Shown here: piece after piece, positions 16,848-27,120 of the stretch
Layout of the letters: each line of letters begins with the position of its first letter
Position numbering within the stretch: the first letter of the stretch is position 1
From: Escherichia phage SonjaBuckley_Bas74
Reading direction: 5' to 3' (one strand)
Sequence record: PQ850627.1
DNA length: 43,096 bases
The notes under the pieces: generated by a model
Told to the model about the DNA's origin: nothing
The model's input: the letters and a program-made list of their open reading frames with translations, nothing else
The model's database searches: none
Position numbers and translations under genes: made by a program

Positions 16848-18247
16848 TGAGCGACTTATACTTTCCACGTAGCCTTAAGCCAGTGGTATCGAAAGGCTAC
16901 TCAATGACCAGACGCAACAACGTCTGGAGTGTAGATTTAGCCGGTGGCGGAGTGCGTCAAGGCCGTGACACGTATTATGATGTGTTCCCAATAAGCGTAA
17001 CCCTGATTACATCTGCACTAGGGCGACAGGCGTTCCTGTCGTTCCTTGAGAAAGTGGACGGCGGCGCGTCAAGTTTCTGGATGGCGCATGACTTCGGCAT
17101 GGGTATTGAAGATTATCAGGTAACCATCACGTCCACCATCGCGGAGTCCACCGAAGACGGCATTAACTGGACGATTACTTTCACGGCAACCGCCGAGAAA
17201 TCCCCGTTCCAGGACCTCGAGAACCAGTGTCTTGTCAATAATCTGCCGGATTTGTATGGTTGCTATGGTGACGGGCTGGGGTGTTTCCTGAAAATATACG
17301 CGAACTATGAGACAACGTTCCCGCGAATCTGGAGTAATGAAGGCCCTGCCGGATATCCGCCGATTAACCTTCTGGCGTCGACTCTTGATAGCCGCATTGT
17401 GTATGAAGGGCCGCAGGTTTATTACATCAACCGCAACGGCAATCTTGTGCAGTCCGCCACTAATGAATGGCCTCTTACGTTTATCGATGGAGTTGCTGTT
17501 GGGCGTGTACCACCGGAAAAGGCGGCTACCAATGTGGTAGAACATTCTAACAACTTACTATCTACATCATTTTCGCGCACCAGAACAACAACTACGGCGA
17601 GTTCTTTGGCGTTATTCCAAGAAACTTATGCTGCTAAATTAACCGCAACGTCGGTATCAGGTAACCATTATATAAACAAGGCAGAGGCCCCAGAACAAGA
17701 AACAAGATACTCTATTAGTGCTATTATAAAAGCAGATGAGTACCAGTCGGCAGCGGTATCCATCGGCAACCGAGCCGCTTTAGATAATTTCCAGTATGCC
17801 TATGTTGACTTAGCCTCCGGCTATTTGATATCAGGCGACACCTCAAGGTCGTTCGTAAGCAATCTTGGTGGTGGGTGGTATCACGTTTCAATGTCAGCGG
17901 ACACTAACGACTCCGGCGGATTGATTTATTCGCAGATAAACATGTTGTCTCCGTCTAACTCCCTCACCTTCACAGGGGATGATGTCAGTGGGTTCATTAT
18001 AGCCCTAATCCAGATGGAGCCTTCAGAGTTTGCCTCCTCCCCGATAGTGACCGAGGAGTCACCGGTAACTCGTCCAACGGCATCAGCAAAAGTGGCAATG
18101 AACGGCGCGACAAGCATCGACATTACCTATTCCGACGGCTCTGTGGTAAACGTTCTGGCGGCAGATGATTACGCAACCATCCCGCAGGCTGATTCCGCGT
18201 GGGGTAGCAAGTACATCACTCGTATTGATTTTAATGTGGACGGTTAA
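16847..18247 (+). CDS. distal tail / minor tail protein (putative)
   Basis: 466 aa ORF starting at TAATG overlap with tape measure stop; positional call. Confidence 0.45.
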   Translation: MSDLYFPRSLKPVVSKGYSMTRRNNVWSVDLAGGGVRQGRDTYYDVFPISVTLITSALGRQAFLSFLEKVDGGASSFWMAHDFGMGIEDYQVTITSTIAESTEDGINWTITFTATAEKSPFQDLENQCLVNNLPDLYGCYGDGLGCFLKIYANYETTFPRIWSNEGPAGYPPINLLASTLDSRIVYEGPQVYYINRNGNLVQSATNEWPLTFIDGVAVGRVPPEKAATNVVEHSNNLLSTSFSRTRTTTTASSLALFQETYAAKLTATSVSGNHYINKAEAPEQETRYSISAIIKADEYQSAAVSIGNRAALDNFQYAYVDLASGYLISGDTSRSFVSNLGGGWYHVSMSADTNDSGGLIYSQINMLSPSNSLTFTGDDVSGFIIALIQMEPSEFASSPIVTEESPVTRPTASAKVAMNGATSIDITYSDGSVVNVLAADDYATIPQADSAWGSKYITRIDFNVDG

Positions 18248-18250
18248 TTT

Positions 18251-18766
18251 ATGAGCCAGGAATCTGTAGAAGCCGCCTATCGCCGTAAGCTGGCCTCAAA
18301 TCCCGACGGCGAGATGGACTACATCACGTTGCAAATCAGCCACCCGTTGTTGTCAAAGACGTACTATCTTGTTCGTGGGCTACAGGAACTCACGGCAACA
18401 CTGGAGACAGGCGAAATTATCACGTTCGAGCCAACCCCGATGGAGGCGTCGGGGGCGGCTAACAACAGTGATATGGACCAGACGACTACGTTTACTTTAC
18501 CGGATATTCTCAATCAACTTGACGATGAGATGGATAAAATCCCTATGAGTAACACCGAGTTGCCGAAGTTCGTCTTCCGTCGTTACGTCAGCACAGACCT
18601 GTCTTATCCGGCTGACGGTCCTGTCATGTATGAGTTGCAGGCCATCAACCAGGAGAAGGGCGAGTTCTCCGCGGATGTTGGTACACCTATGCTGAACCAG
18701 CGAAGCACTGGTATACTGATGACACCTAAAGAGATACCGTTATTACGCGGCCTGTTGACCACATGA
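18251..18766 (+). CDS. minor tail protein (putative)
   Basis: 171 aa; tightly packed in tail tip gene set. Confidence 0.4.
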   Translation: MSQESVEAAYRRKLASNPDGEMDYITLQISHPLLSKTYYLVRGLQELTATLETGEIITFEPTPMEASGAANNSDMDQTTTFTLPDILNQLDDEMDKIPMSNTELPKFVFRRYVSTDLSYPADGPVMYELQAINQEKGEFSADVGTPMLNQRSTGILMTPKEIPLLRGLLTT

Positions 18767-19128
18767 ATATTAACGACTACACGGGCATACCTTACGACTT
18801 TCGCAAGCGCAATTGCTGGCATCACGTTCGCATTGTACGGGCCGATGCCGGGTTAGAAACCCCGGCGTTCGACGTTACAAGCCCAACGGCGATTAACGAA
18901 GCGTTCGACGAAGGCCATCGTGACACGAAGGGGCTTACAAAAATTGATAAGCCTGAAAACTTCTGTGCGGTTCTTATGGGGTATCGCCGTGGCGGTCGTA
19001 TCGTGTGGCACGCGGGAGTTTACTTCGACGGGATGGTGAGTCATTGCGAGCTTGCGTCCCGTCAGGTACGGCTTGACAGGCTGGCGGATCTCAGAGACAC
19101 GTACACGGAGATTGAATTTTGGCGATAA
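18763..19128 (+). CDS. tail assembly protein with NlpC/P60-like Cys-His signature (putative)
   Basis: 121 aa; NCWHHV and later His residues reminiscent of NlpC/P60 catalytic signature seen in lambda K-like proteins; ATGA coupling to upstream gene. Confidence 0.4.
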   Translation: MNINDYTGIPYDFRKRNCWHHVRIVRADAGLETPAFDVTSPTAINEAFDEGHRDTKGLTKIDKPENFCAVLMGYRRGGRIVWHAGVYFDGMVSHCELASRQVRLDRLADLRDTYTEIEFWR

Positions 19129-21686
19129 TCCTGCACTACACGCGAAACGCTGATGGCGCTTTCAACCGTACAAAACACGTCGGGATGCCGATGGAGTTTG
19201 TCGTTAACCGTATCCCGGACGGCGTTCCGGTACGCGTCTATCTTGGCGAGATTGGTGATGATACTGATGTTACAGACGACTTCGACGCGCTCAAAGACGA
19301 GGACGCCGTGTACCACATTATTGAGGGCGCTGGCGGCGGCATTGGCGACGCCATCGGGAGTGTATTCAGTTTCATCCTTAAGCCAATCGCCAAATTGTTC
19401 GGGCTAAACACAGCGGCTAACGCTAATTATTCCGCTACCAACAATCAGGCTACGTCGCCTAACAACAGTCTCACCGACCGCTCAAACAAGCCACGACCTT
19501 ATGAGCGTTCCTATGATATCTGCGGGACAGTGCAGACCATCCCCAATGACCTGATGCAGACATATAAGGTGTTTAATGCCGCGGGTGCGCTTATTGAATA
19601 TGCGTACTATGACGCCGGTCGAGGGTATCTGCATATTGAGGAAGACGGTGTAACTGAGGCAGATACCCGAATCAGCGAGATAACTGGCTCGTCGGTGACG
19701 GTGTATTCTCCTTACACTTCGCCGAATAACACCAGCACACCACAATTGCATATCGGCGACCCTATAGACCAGAAATTGTACGTTACATTTAAAAACGCCG
19801 ATGTCGATGGCGCTGTTCTTCCCGCCCCTAATGATATCGCTATAGACGTGCAGGACTACACTGTCCAGCGGCAGGGAACAACCGGCGTTGTAGTAGGCGA
19901 TGACGCTGGTTTCGATGAGTTTTTGGCGGTCGGGGACCTGGCATACTTCGATAACGTATATGCAGATACAACCCCAGGGTCTTTGGGTAATGAGGTTAAC
20001 CTGGACGGGAGGTACACGGTTCTTTCGGTTAGTGAAACCACCCTTATTGTGGACGTCAGTACAAATCAATCAGTATGGAACCAGCTAGGGGCGTCTGTGT
20101 GGTTTATAGGTGAAGAGGGTAACCATCTTATAGGCCCGGCGGACACTTACGCGGCTTCTCTCTCTGAATGGGCGTACATCACCCGCGGTACTGTCGACCG
20201 TGTTGTAGCCAATGTCGCCGCCAGCAACGGCATGTATAAATACAACGGCGACTATAACCGCGCTTCAGTGACAGTGGAACTGCAATACCAGATGGTTGAT
20301 GAGCTGAAACAGCCTGTAGGTGATATATTTACTGTACAAGGAACCGTAACAGGCCGGAACACGGATTACACAGGTATTACTCTTTACGGAAGTTTACCAA
20401 CTGCTTCCAGATTCCGCGCCCGTATGCGTCGTGTTTCCGACACCGATAAAGATTTTGAAGGTACTGTTAGTGATGAGGTTACTTTCACTAATCTGTACGG
20501 GCAGTCTCTGGACACAACCCCGCACTACGGCAACAGAACCACCGTACACTGCGCTCGTAAACAAACGCCACGTGCCGCGGAGGTGTCAGAACCGGAACTA
20601 CGCATGATAGCAACCGAGATGTGTTACAAATACTTAGGTAACGGCATATTCGATACTGTAATGACCACAAATACTCAGGCGGTGCAGTCGCTAATCAGAC
20701 TGGCCCGTGACCCGGCGGTAGGTAACTTAGAACTGACAACCGCAAACATGGACAAGTTACTCGCTGTGCAGGAAGAAATTGAGTCCTATTTCGGCAGTGA
20801 ATTAGCGGGACAATTCTGCTACACGTTCGACGACTACGACACCACGATGCAGGACATCGTTCAGACTATAGCGGAAGCCGTGTTCTGTACTGCGTACCGT
20901 AAAGGTGCGGATATTATGCTGCGATTCGACCGTCCGGTTGCTGGGCCTGAGATGGTGTTCACCCACCGCAGCAAAACTACTGGTACAGAGAAATGGACGC
21001 GCACGTTCAACGATTCGACAACCTATGATAGCCTGTCGTTCTCATACATCGACCCGGATACTAACGTACAGGAAACGATTTATATCCCGGAAGAACTCGG
21101 AGCAAACACCGAGGAATATGAATCGAAGGGCGTACGTAACTATCAGCAGGCATATTGGCTGGCGTGGCGTCGCTACCAGCGCAACGCGTTAAGTAAAGTT
21201 GTCGTAGAGTTCGAAGCTACCGAAGAAGGCGCTCTAGCTACTCCCGGCGGCGTAATCAGCGTGGTTAAAGGCTCCCGCATCGCGCCGCAGGATGGTTATG
21301 TTGTCGCCGTTAATGGGCTTACGCTTACGCTGTCGCAGCCGGTTACGTTTACTCCTGGTGATGACCATTCCATCATTCTTAAGAAGCGCGACGGCTCTGT
21401 GCAGAGTATTTCTGTTATCAAAGGAAGCCACGACCGCGAAGTGATTATGCTCTCCGCGCCGGAGGAGGCAATCTACACGGGGAATAGCGCGCTAAAAACT
21501 GAGTTTTCATTCGGCAACGAAGCAAGGCATAATGCTCAGAAGATAGTTGTTTCTTCAATCGACCCCGGCGACGACCGCACGGTCAAGATTACGGGCTACA
21601 ACTATGATGACGGATTCTATAAATACGACGGCGTCGCGCCATACGGCAGCGGTTTCTCCGACGGATTCAGCAATGGTTTTAATTAA
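19119..21686 (+). CDS. tail tip / central fiber host-specificity protein (putative)
   Basis: 855 aa ORF, apparent TTG start with GGAG SD; position after tail assembly proteins. Confidence 0.45.
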   Translation: MAIILHYTRNADGAFNRTKHVGMPMEFVVNRIPDGVPVRVYLGEIGDDTDVTDDFDALKDEDAVYHIIEGAGGGIGDAIGSVFSFILKPIAKLFGLNTAANANYSATNNQATSPNNSLTDRSNKPRPYERSYDICGTVQTIPNDLMQTYKVFNAAGALIEYAYYDAGRGYLHIEEDGVTEADTRISEITGSSVTVYSPYTSPNNTSTPQLHIGDPIDQKLYVTFKNADVDGAVLPAPNDIAIDVQDYTVQRQGTTGVVVGDDAGFDEFLAVGDLAYFDNVYADTTPGSLGNEVNLDGRYTVLSVSETTLIVDVSTNQSVWNQLGASVWFIGEEGNHLIGPADTYAASLSEWAYITRGTVDRVVANVAASNGMYKYNGDYNRASVTVELQYQMVDELKQPVGDIFTVQGTVTGRNTDYTGITLYGSLPTASRFRARMRRVSDTDKDFEGTVSDEVTFTNLYGQSLDTTPHYGNRTTVHCARKQTPRAAEVSEPELRMIATEMCYKYLGNGIFDTVMTTNTQAVQSLIRLARDPAVGNLELTTANMDKLLAVQEEIESYFGSELAGQFCYTFDDYDTTMQDIVQTIAEAVFCTAYRKGADIMLRFDRPVAGPEMVFTHRSKTTGTEKWTRTFNDSTTYDSLSFSYIDPDTNVQETIYIPEELGANTEEYESKGVRNYQQAYWLAWRRYQRNALSKVVVEFEATEEGALATPGGVISVVKGSRIAPQDGYVVAVNGLTLTLSQPVTFTPGDDHSIILKKRDGSVQSISVIKGSHDREVIMLSAPEEAIYTGNSALKTEFSFGNEARHNAQKIVVSSIDPGDDRTVKITGYNYDDGFYKYDGVAPYGSGFSDGFSNGFN

Positions 21687-21698
21687 AGAGGACTCTAT

Positions 21699-23879
21699 AT
21701 GTCAAGCGGATGCGGTGACGTTTTAAGCCTGGCGGATTTACAGACCGCCAAGAAGCACCAGATTTTTGAAGCTGAGGTTATCACCGGTAAAGCTGGCGGT
21801 GTAGCTACGGGTGCTGATATTGATTACGCAACTAATCAGGTTACGGGACAGACACAGAAGACGTTGCCAGCCGTGTTGCGTGACGCCGGGTTCAGACCTG
21901 CGCCATTCACATTCGAAACAGGTGGGACTTTGGGCGTTAACGACGCTGACCTGGCGGTGTTGTGGCCAGGGCCATCAGGCGACGGCAACTATTATGCATG
22001 GAAAGGTGCCCTGCCAAAAACCATCCCGGCATCTTCAACCCCGGCGTCTACGGGCGGAGTAGGCCAGACCGCATGGGTTGCCGTTAGTGAAGCTGCATTG
22101 CGCCGTGATTTGGCCCTAAGCACTGGCGCAGGGTTAGTTGGGACAACATCCGGCAGGACCGTACAGGCAGAGTTTGACTACCGCAAGACTCAAGCAGCAA
22201 AAACAGAGATAAACATACTTGACTACCTTCCAGCTAACGTGATCGCAGCTCTAAACGATGTTAACGCGTCAAAAGCACTAGGAAGCGTAAGGACATACAT
22301 TGAGCAGGCTTTAGCGGCAGCAACTAGCGAGAATATCGGTACTGGGGTTACTTTACGTTTCCCGGCTGGGTTCTTTTGGCTTGATTCTACTCTTAACCTT
22401 CCAAAAAGGACGCGTATTGTTGGGGTCTACCCAGAAACATACTTTATGGCTCTCCCTGACTTTACTGGCACTAACGTAATTGCCGGTTCCACAGGACCCG
22501 CTATAGTCGCTATTGATAACACAGGACAAGACCCGTTTTATATTGAAGGTTTCCAGATAAACGCAGATGGTTCCCAGCCGAATGTGGTTGGGCTGCACAT
22601 TGGCGGCTGCCGTAATTCCGTCGTCCGTCGGATATCTGTATCTGGAACCTTCGATGCTGCTGTTATTATCCACCCTAAAAACGCAACATCTGGAGACGTG
22701 GAGAACCTGGAATTAAGCCACGTATGGACATTAGGCGGTGGGCTTGTGCTCAGGACTAATACAGATATCGACCGTGGAAATTTAACAGGCCTGTCATTCC
22801 GGGATTGTATGTTTTTCAGCACAATCGACAACAACCCTTCATGGGCGACATCTGGCAACCCTAGTATCAGGTTCTCCTGCCATGTAGACCGACAGATTTT
22901 TGCATGTACATTCGACCGTGTAGGATGGGCGAGTCGCGCAACATACGCCATCTATTCAGAAAGCCTAGCCGGAAATAGTGCATCTGATGTCAAGGGCTTC
23001 CGCGATATTCATTTTACAGATTTCCACGGAGAAGCCCACAATGCCGATGGGTCATTAACAGCGGACTGTACTTTTGCCCTTCTTGCGAATATGCGTAACA
23101 GTACATTTACTAATATCCAACGCTCCGGCGCTGTGACTCGCGGCGGCATTATCATGGATGGGTGCGAATACGTAACATTCAACTCAGTATCATTTGCGGA
23201 CCCTAATATCACAACAGGAACAACGACACCTTGTTGCGTATACCAGAACTCCACCAACAGATTTAATAGATTTATTAACTGTGACTTAACAGATGCAACC
23301 GGGAGCATGTTTGATTTAGCCGGTCGGACCGTGTCAGCCAGTGTAATGTATTATTTTAATGGTCTTTTTTGGGACGATAGTGGGACAAGTACCTGGGATA
23401 GTGAACAAATGTCTTCAAAACCATTTGTTCTTTTTAAAAGGTCTGCGCTTAACGCTAATAACGGTTCTGCTTACCCGCAGGAATCAGGCGTAACTATGAC
23501 TACTTCTGGTGATAATCTACAGGTTACCTTTGCACGAGACGTTCCCCAAAAAACATTCACAATACCAATCACAACTACAAACGCGGTTTTCAACAATCAC
23601 GACCGCGTTTATGTTCTTTTCAGGCATCAATTTACCAGTTATGGGACAAATACTGTCGTAAAAATAGGACTAGGAACCTCATATGTGACTATATCACCAC
23701 AGAACGGTAACGATTATTTTGCAGCCATCAGTCTTGCCAGAAGCCAGGCAACTAGTTTTAATATCCAAGTTACCTATAGCGGCGCATCTGCAGACTGCAG
23801 CATATTAATCAGAGATTTAGTAATTTCTGACAGGATGCCGTGGGTGCCAAACTTCACCAAATCCTTACTTTGCGATTAA
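21699..23879 (+). CDS. tail spike / receptor-binding protein with beta-helix-like repeats (putative)
   Basis: 726 aa, last structural gene before bidirectional terminator; N/T/G/S-rich repetitive sequence suggestive of a right-handed beta-helix. Confidence 0.5.
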   Translation: MSSGCGDVLSLADLQTAKKHQIFEAEVITGKAGGVATGADIDYATNQVTGQTQKTLPAVLRDAGFRPAPFTFETGGTLGVNDADLAVLWPGPSGDGNYYAWKGALPKTIPASSTPASTGGVGQTAWVAVSEAALRRDLALSTGAGLVGTTSGRTVQAEFDYRKTQAAKTEINILDYLPANVIAALNDVNASKALGSVRTYIEQALAAATSENIGTGVTLRFPAGFFWLDSTLNLPKRTRIVGVYPETYFMALPDFTGTNVIAGSTGPAIVAIDNTGQDPFYIEGFQINADGSQPNVVGLHIGGCRNSVVRRISVSGTFDAAVIIHPKNATSGDVENLELSHVWTLGGGLVLRTNTDIDRGNLTGLSFRDCMFFSTIDNNPSWATSGNPSIRFSCHVDRQIFACTFDRVGWASRATYAIYSESLAGNSASDVKGFRDIHFTDFHGEAHNADGSLTADCTFALLANMRNSTFTNIQRSGAVTRGGIIMDGCEYVTFNSVSFADPNITTGTTTPCCVYQNSTNRFNRFINCDLTDATGSMFDLAGRTVSASVMYYFNGLFWDDSGTSTWDSEQMSSKPFVLFKRSALNANNGSAYPQESGVTMTTSGDNLQVTFARDVPQKTFTIPITTTNAVFNNHDRVYVLFRHQFTSYGTNTVVKIGLGTSYVTISPQNGNDYFAAISLARSQATSFNIQVTYSGASADCSILIRDLVISDRMPWVPNFTKSLLCD

Positions 23880-23883
23880 AACT

Positions 23884-23908
23884 AAGGCCCCGTTTGGGGC
23901 CTTTTCTC
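23884..23908. terminator. bidirectional terminator at structural / replication block junction
   Basis: AAGGCCCC-GTTT-GGGGCCTT followed by TTCTCT; convergent transcription units meet here. Confidence 0.65.
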
Positions 23909-24045
23909 TACTCTTCCGATAACTTCTCCAGCACAAACGCCAGTTGCGCATTAGCGGCATCTCTCTGTTGCCGTAGGCGTAGAACCTCCTCTTCGAGTTC
24001 CTTGATACGTTTTTGCAATGCTGGAATCGGGGCTATGATGTTCAT
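23908..24045 (-). CDS. hypothetical coiled-coil protein (45 aa)
   Basis: ATG overlaps helicase stop (ATGA); uninterrupted frame to TAG; not in ORF track because under 60 aa. Confidence 0.4.
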   Translation of the reverse strand: MNIIAPIPALQKRIKELEEEVLRLRQQRDAANAQLAFVLEKLSEE

Positions 24046-25466
24046 TTCTTACCTCGTCTCTTCATGTAGTTAAGCAACTCTTCCTGTACCGATTTCTTCT
24101 CGTCGGTACGCGCGGCAACAACCTCGTCCAGCGTGTCTTTAGCGACTATGTGATAAAGGAACACCGGGCGCTCGTGCCCAGCTTGTTTCTGACGGACCGG
24201 GCCTATACGCTCGACAACCTGCAAATAGTGCTCAAGGTTCCAGCCTTGTGAGATGAATGCCAGATGATGTCCGCCGTCTTGTAAATTCAAACCATGGCCC
24301 GCTGACGCAGGATGTACGCATAAGATTTCTACTTCACCGCGGTTCCACGCTTCCATCTGCTTATTACCCCTGACACCTTTGGCAAAGGCCTGTGCTTGTG
24401 GGAATCGCTTAAGGATGCGCTCCAGTTCGTGCTTGAACTGATAGGCCACCAGTAACGGTGCCCCCTGTAACTCCTCAACAATGGACTCGAGCGCATCAAG
24501 TTTCGTGTCGTGCACTTTCTCCCATTCTTTGGTTGATTCGCCATCTGGCCCCGATACATACACGGCACCGGAGGCAATCTGTAGGCACTTCGACGTCTTC
24601 GCCGCAGCGTTAGCCGCTTCAACTTCTCCGCTTTCCAGTTCCGCGAATAACTTCTCCTCCATATCGATGTACGCCTGACGTGCTTTCTTCGGCAGGTCGA
24701 TTTCAACCGGCACAATAATCGGCGCTTCACACCCGAACCACTCGGCGGCGTCAATCGTGAGACTAATGTCCTTCATCTTCTGGTGAATTTCATTATCCGC
24801 ACCCGGGCGTGCGTGGTATTCACGGGCCATCGCAGATTTCCCTTTCTGTACCGAGTTAAACCAGCGGTCGGTGAATGCTGTGTACGATGACCCCAGGCGC
24901 TCGCCTGCGTCGATAAACCAGTTCTGCCCCCACAAGTCCTTGAGGCCGTTTGGTGACGGCGTGCCAGTCAGGTTAATGAAACGCTTAACTTTGCCAAATG
25001 CCACTTTACTAAGCGCCTTTGCCCTCTTGCTGCCGCCTGAACGGCTGCGGAATGACTTCAGTTTCGTGCTTTCATCGGCAACGATAACGGTAAAAGGCCA
25101 GTCGTCTTTGCCGTAGTAGTCAATCAACCACTCTATTACCTCATAGTTCGTGCACACCACGTTAGCGTCCGACTCCAGCGCCGCGATGCGGCGCTTCTCT
25201 GAACCGGTCGCGTCTACGACACGCAGACATGGGAAATTCCACTTAGTTTGTTCCGCCGGCCATGTGCCTGATGCAACGCGCAACGGGGCGAGGATTAACA
25301 CGCGGTCCTCTTCTGTAAGCTGCCCGTTGCGGAACAGTCGGTTTAATGTCCACAGTACGCTGCCAGTCTTCCCGGCGCCCATGCTCGCCCAAATATTACA
25401 GCGATGGTGCCGCAACATGAACGAAGTCATTAGCTTCTGGTATTCGCGCCTTTGAAACTTACTCAT
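24042..25466 (-). CDS. SNF2-like superfamily 2 DNA helicase
   Basis: Walker A GAGKTG, motif II VIVADESTKLK, motif III LTGTPSPNGL. Confidence 0.75.
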   Translation of the reverse strand: MSKFQRREYQKLMTSFMLRHHRCNIWASMGAGKTGSVLWTLNRLFRNGQLTEEDRVLILAPLRVASGTWPAEQTKWNFPCLRVVDATGSEKRRIAALESDANVVCTNYEVIEWLIDYYGKDDWPFTVIVADESTKLKSFRSRSGGSKRAKALSKVAFGKVKRFINLTGTPSPNGLKDLWGQNWFIDAGERLGSSYTAFTDRWFNSVQKGKSAMAREYHARPGADNEIHQKMKDISLTIDAAEWFGCEAPIIVPVEIDLPKKARQAYIDMEEKLFAELESGEVEAANAAAKTSKCLQIASGAVYVSGPDGESTKEWEKVHDTKLDALESIVEELQGAPLLVAYQFKHELERILKRFPQAQAFAKGVRGNKQMEAWNRGEVEILCVHPASAGHGLNLQDGGHHLAFISQGWNLEHYLQVVERIGPVRQKQAGHERPVFLYHIVAKDTLDEVVAARTDEKKSVQEELLNYMKRRGKK

Positions 25467-26253
25467 TTACGGCCCCTATGAACGCCTTTATAAATTCAGC
25501 GGCTACTTGCGGGACGATAGCATTGCCGTAACCGCGCAATCGTCCCACTCTGGCGGGTACCCCATTAGCCAGCGGGAATGCGCCGGGTTCAACTGGCCTG
25601 AATTTTCCATCCCGGCATCCGAGCCAGTCAGCATCTGACCAGAACCCGTTAGGCGGATTGGCTGTGTCAGAGATGCCTCTGTTTGCAGATTGTGGCCCCC
25701 GTTCCTGCCCTGATGGCCTGCTCCCGCCGAGTTGTTCGCACACGGTGTTGGCCAGTTGCTGCGCTCCGAAGAACAATCGATTCCTTTTGTGCGGTGCGCC
25801 GACGCTACAAGCTGGGAGTACGGCAAACCCGACGGCGTAGTCTTCTCTTTCCAGGTGAGTTTGTAAATCGCACATCCACGATTTTGCAATTGCTGCCGCA
25901 ACCTGCTCCCCAAAGATGACTGGAGGGTGGCACTCGCTGATGAGGTCGAGGAGCACAGGTGCGAGGTGTCTCTGGTCGAACTGTCCGAGTTGCTTTCCTG
26001 CCGTGCTAAACGGTTGGCAAGGCGGACTTCCCGTCCATATAGGCGTATCTTCAGAAACTCCCGCAAGTCTGAGCGCGAGAGGCCAGCCGCCGATACCCGC
26101 GAAAAAATGACACTGGGTGAACCCGTCAAGGTCTTCTGGCTTAACTTCGGTAATGCTTCTTTCATCTACAACTCCAAAAGGTATGTGACCCTGTTTTATC
26201 AACTCACGCAGCCACGCGGCTGCGCCTTTATCCCATTCGTTGTAATAGTTCAT
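25459..26253 (-). CDS. DNA (cytosine-5)-methyltransferase, short form
   Basis: FAGIGG (motif I), PPCQPFS (catalytic PCQ motif IV), [16 protein letters not shown]; only 264 aa. Confidence 0.6.
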   Translation of the reverse strand: MNYYNEWDKGAAAWLRELIKQGHIPFGVVDERSITEVKPEDLDGFTQCHFFAGIGGWPLALRLAGVSEDTPIWTGSPPCQPFSTAGKQLGQFDQRHLAPVLLDLISECHPPVIFGEQVAAAIAKSWMCDLQTHLEREDYAVGFAVLPACSVGAPHKRNRLFFGAQQLANTVCEQLGGSRPSGQERGPQSANRGISDTANPPNGFWSDADWLGCRDGKFRPVEPGAFPLANGVPARVGRLRGYGNAIVPQVAAEFIKAFIGAVNE

Positions 26254-26441
26254 TTCGCCACCAGAACTAACTCTTTACGCCCGAACGCCGTAACGTTACC
26301 GGTTACGTCTTCAATAACCAGTTTACCGTTCGACTCGACGAACACCGTATCAACGGCAACAGGACGACGGGTCTTAACGTTGAAAATCATGTCGCCTGGT
26401 ACGATGTCACGTGCTGGTTTGCGGTCATATTCGTGTTTCAT
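26250..26441 (-). CDS. hypothetical protein (63 aa)
   Basis: ATG with AAGGAA SD; preceded by TTGACA-N17-TATAGT promoter; ATGA coupling to methyltransferase. Confidence 0.5.
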   Translation of the reverse strand: MKHEYDRKPARDIVPGDMIFNVKTRRPVAVDTVFVESNGKLVIEDVTGNVTAFGRKELVLVAK

Positions 26442-26757
26442 TTCTAAATTCCTTATATTGTTGGGGTATGTGCTTACTATAATAGTCTGCTATTAGGGTG
26501 TCAATCTGTTTTATCGAACCAACGACAAAAACATTTGCGCCACGTTTACGTATACGCTCGTGTTCCCGTAGCTGGTGCGGGTCTGGCTTAGTGTTTTCGT
26601 CTTTCTTCACCTCGACGAACCAGACGATGCCGCCGGGTAGAATTGCCAGCAGGTCAGGAGCGCCTGAACGTCCTTCGTAGGAAAGTTTACGAACGAGGCC
26701 ACCAATGGCCTCGAATCGCTCTTTTGCGTATTTCTGGATGCGGCCCTCTTTAGTCAT
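26425..26757 (-). CDS. VRR-NUC domain nuclease
   Basis: GAPDLLAIL...VWFVEVKK...HQLREHERIRKRGANVFVV matches the VRR-NUC pattern (PD-(D/E)XK-type core). Confidence 0.6.
   Translation of the reverse strand: MTKEGRIQKYAKERFEAIGGLVRKLSYEGRSGAPDLLAILPGGIVWFVEVKKDENTKPDPHQLREHERIRKRGANVFVVGSIKQIDTLIADYYSKHIPQQYKEFRNETRI
26476..26504 (-). promoter_or_regulatory. promoter TTGACA-N17-TATAGT (internal to 3' end of VRR-NUC gene)
   Basis: Minus-strand reading TTGACACCCTAATAGCAGACTATTATAGT; perfect -35, near-consensus -10, 17-bp spacer. Confidence 0.5.
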
Positions 26758-26906
26758 GACCGCAGCATCCAGGTAAGGAAAACCCAGCCTAGAATGGCAA
26801 CACCGGCAAACTGAAAGAACAGGCCGTAACAGAACATAGCAGCTATTCCCGCACCGAGTAACAGTGCGAGCATGGTTACTATGGTCCTAAATACAAACAT
26901 TGTCAT
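26754..26906 (-). CDS. small hydrophobic membrane protein (50 aa)
   Basis: Uninterrupted frame; stop overlaps VRR-NUC start (ATGA); sequence almost entirely hydrophobic. Confidence 0.4.
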   Translation of the reverse strand: MTMFVFRTIVTMLALLLGAGIAAMFCYGLFFQFAGVAILGWVFLTWMLRS

Positions 26907-26988
26907 AATACGCACCCCTCACGTTTCGTATGCTCAATCCCGCAGCGCGGGCAGATTCGGCAGTCTTCTTCATAAAACCAGTAAATTT

Positions 26989-27120
26989 TCATTCCAGCAC
27001 CCACATATAAATTGCGATGAACATGCCCAATATGGCAACCATCATGCCGTATTGTCCCTCGTGACAGTAGACACCGGCGGCAAATCCCGCCAGTACCGCG
27101 ATAATCAGTTTACTTGGCAT
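26989..27120 (-). CDS. small hydrophobic membrane protein (43 aa)
   Basis: ATG with AAGGAGA SD; two hydrophobic segments. Confidence 0.4.
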   Translation of the reverse strand: MPSKLIIAVLAGFAAGVYCHEGQYGMMVAILGMFIAIYMWVLE

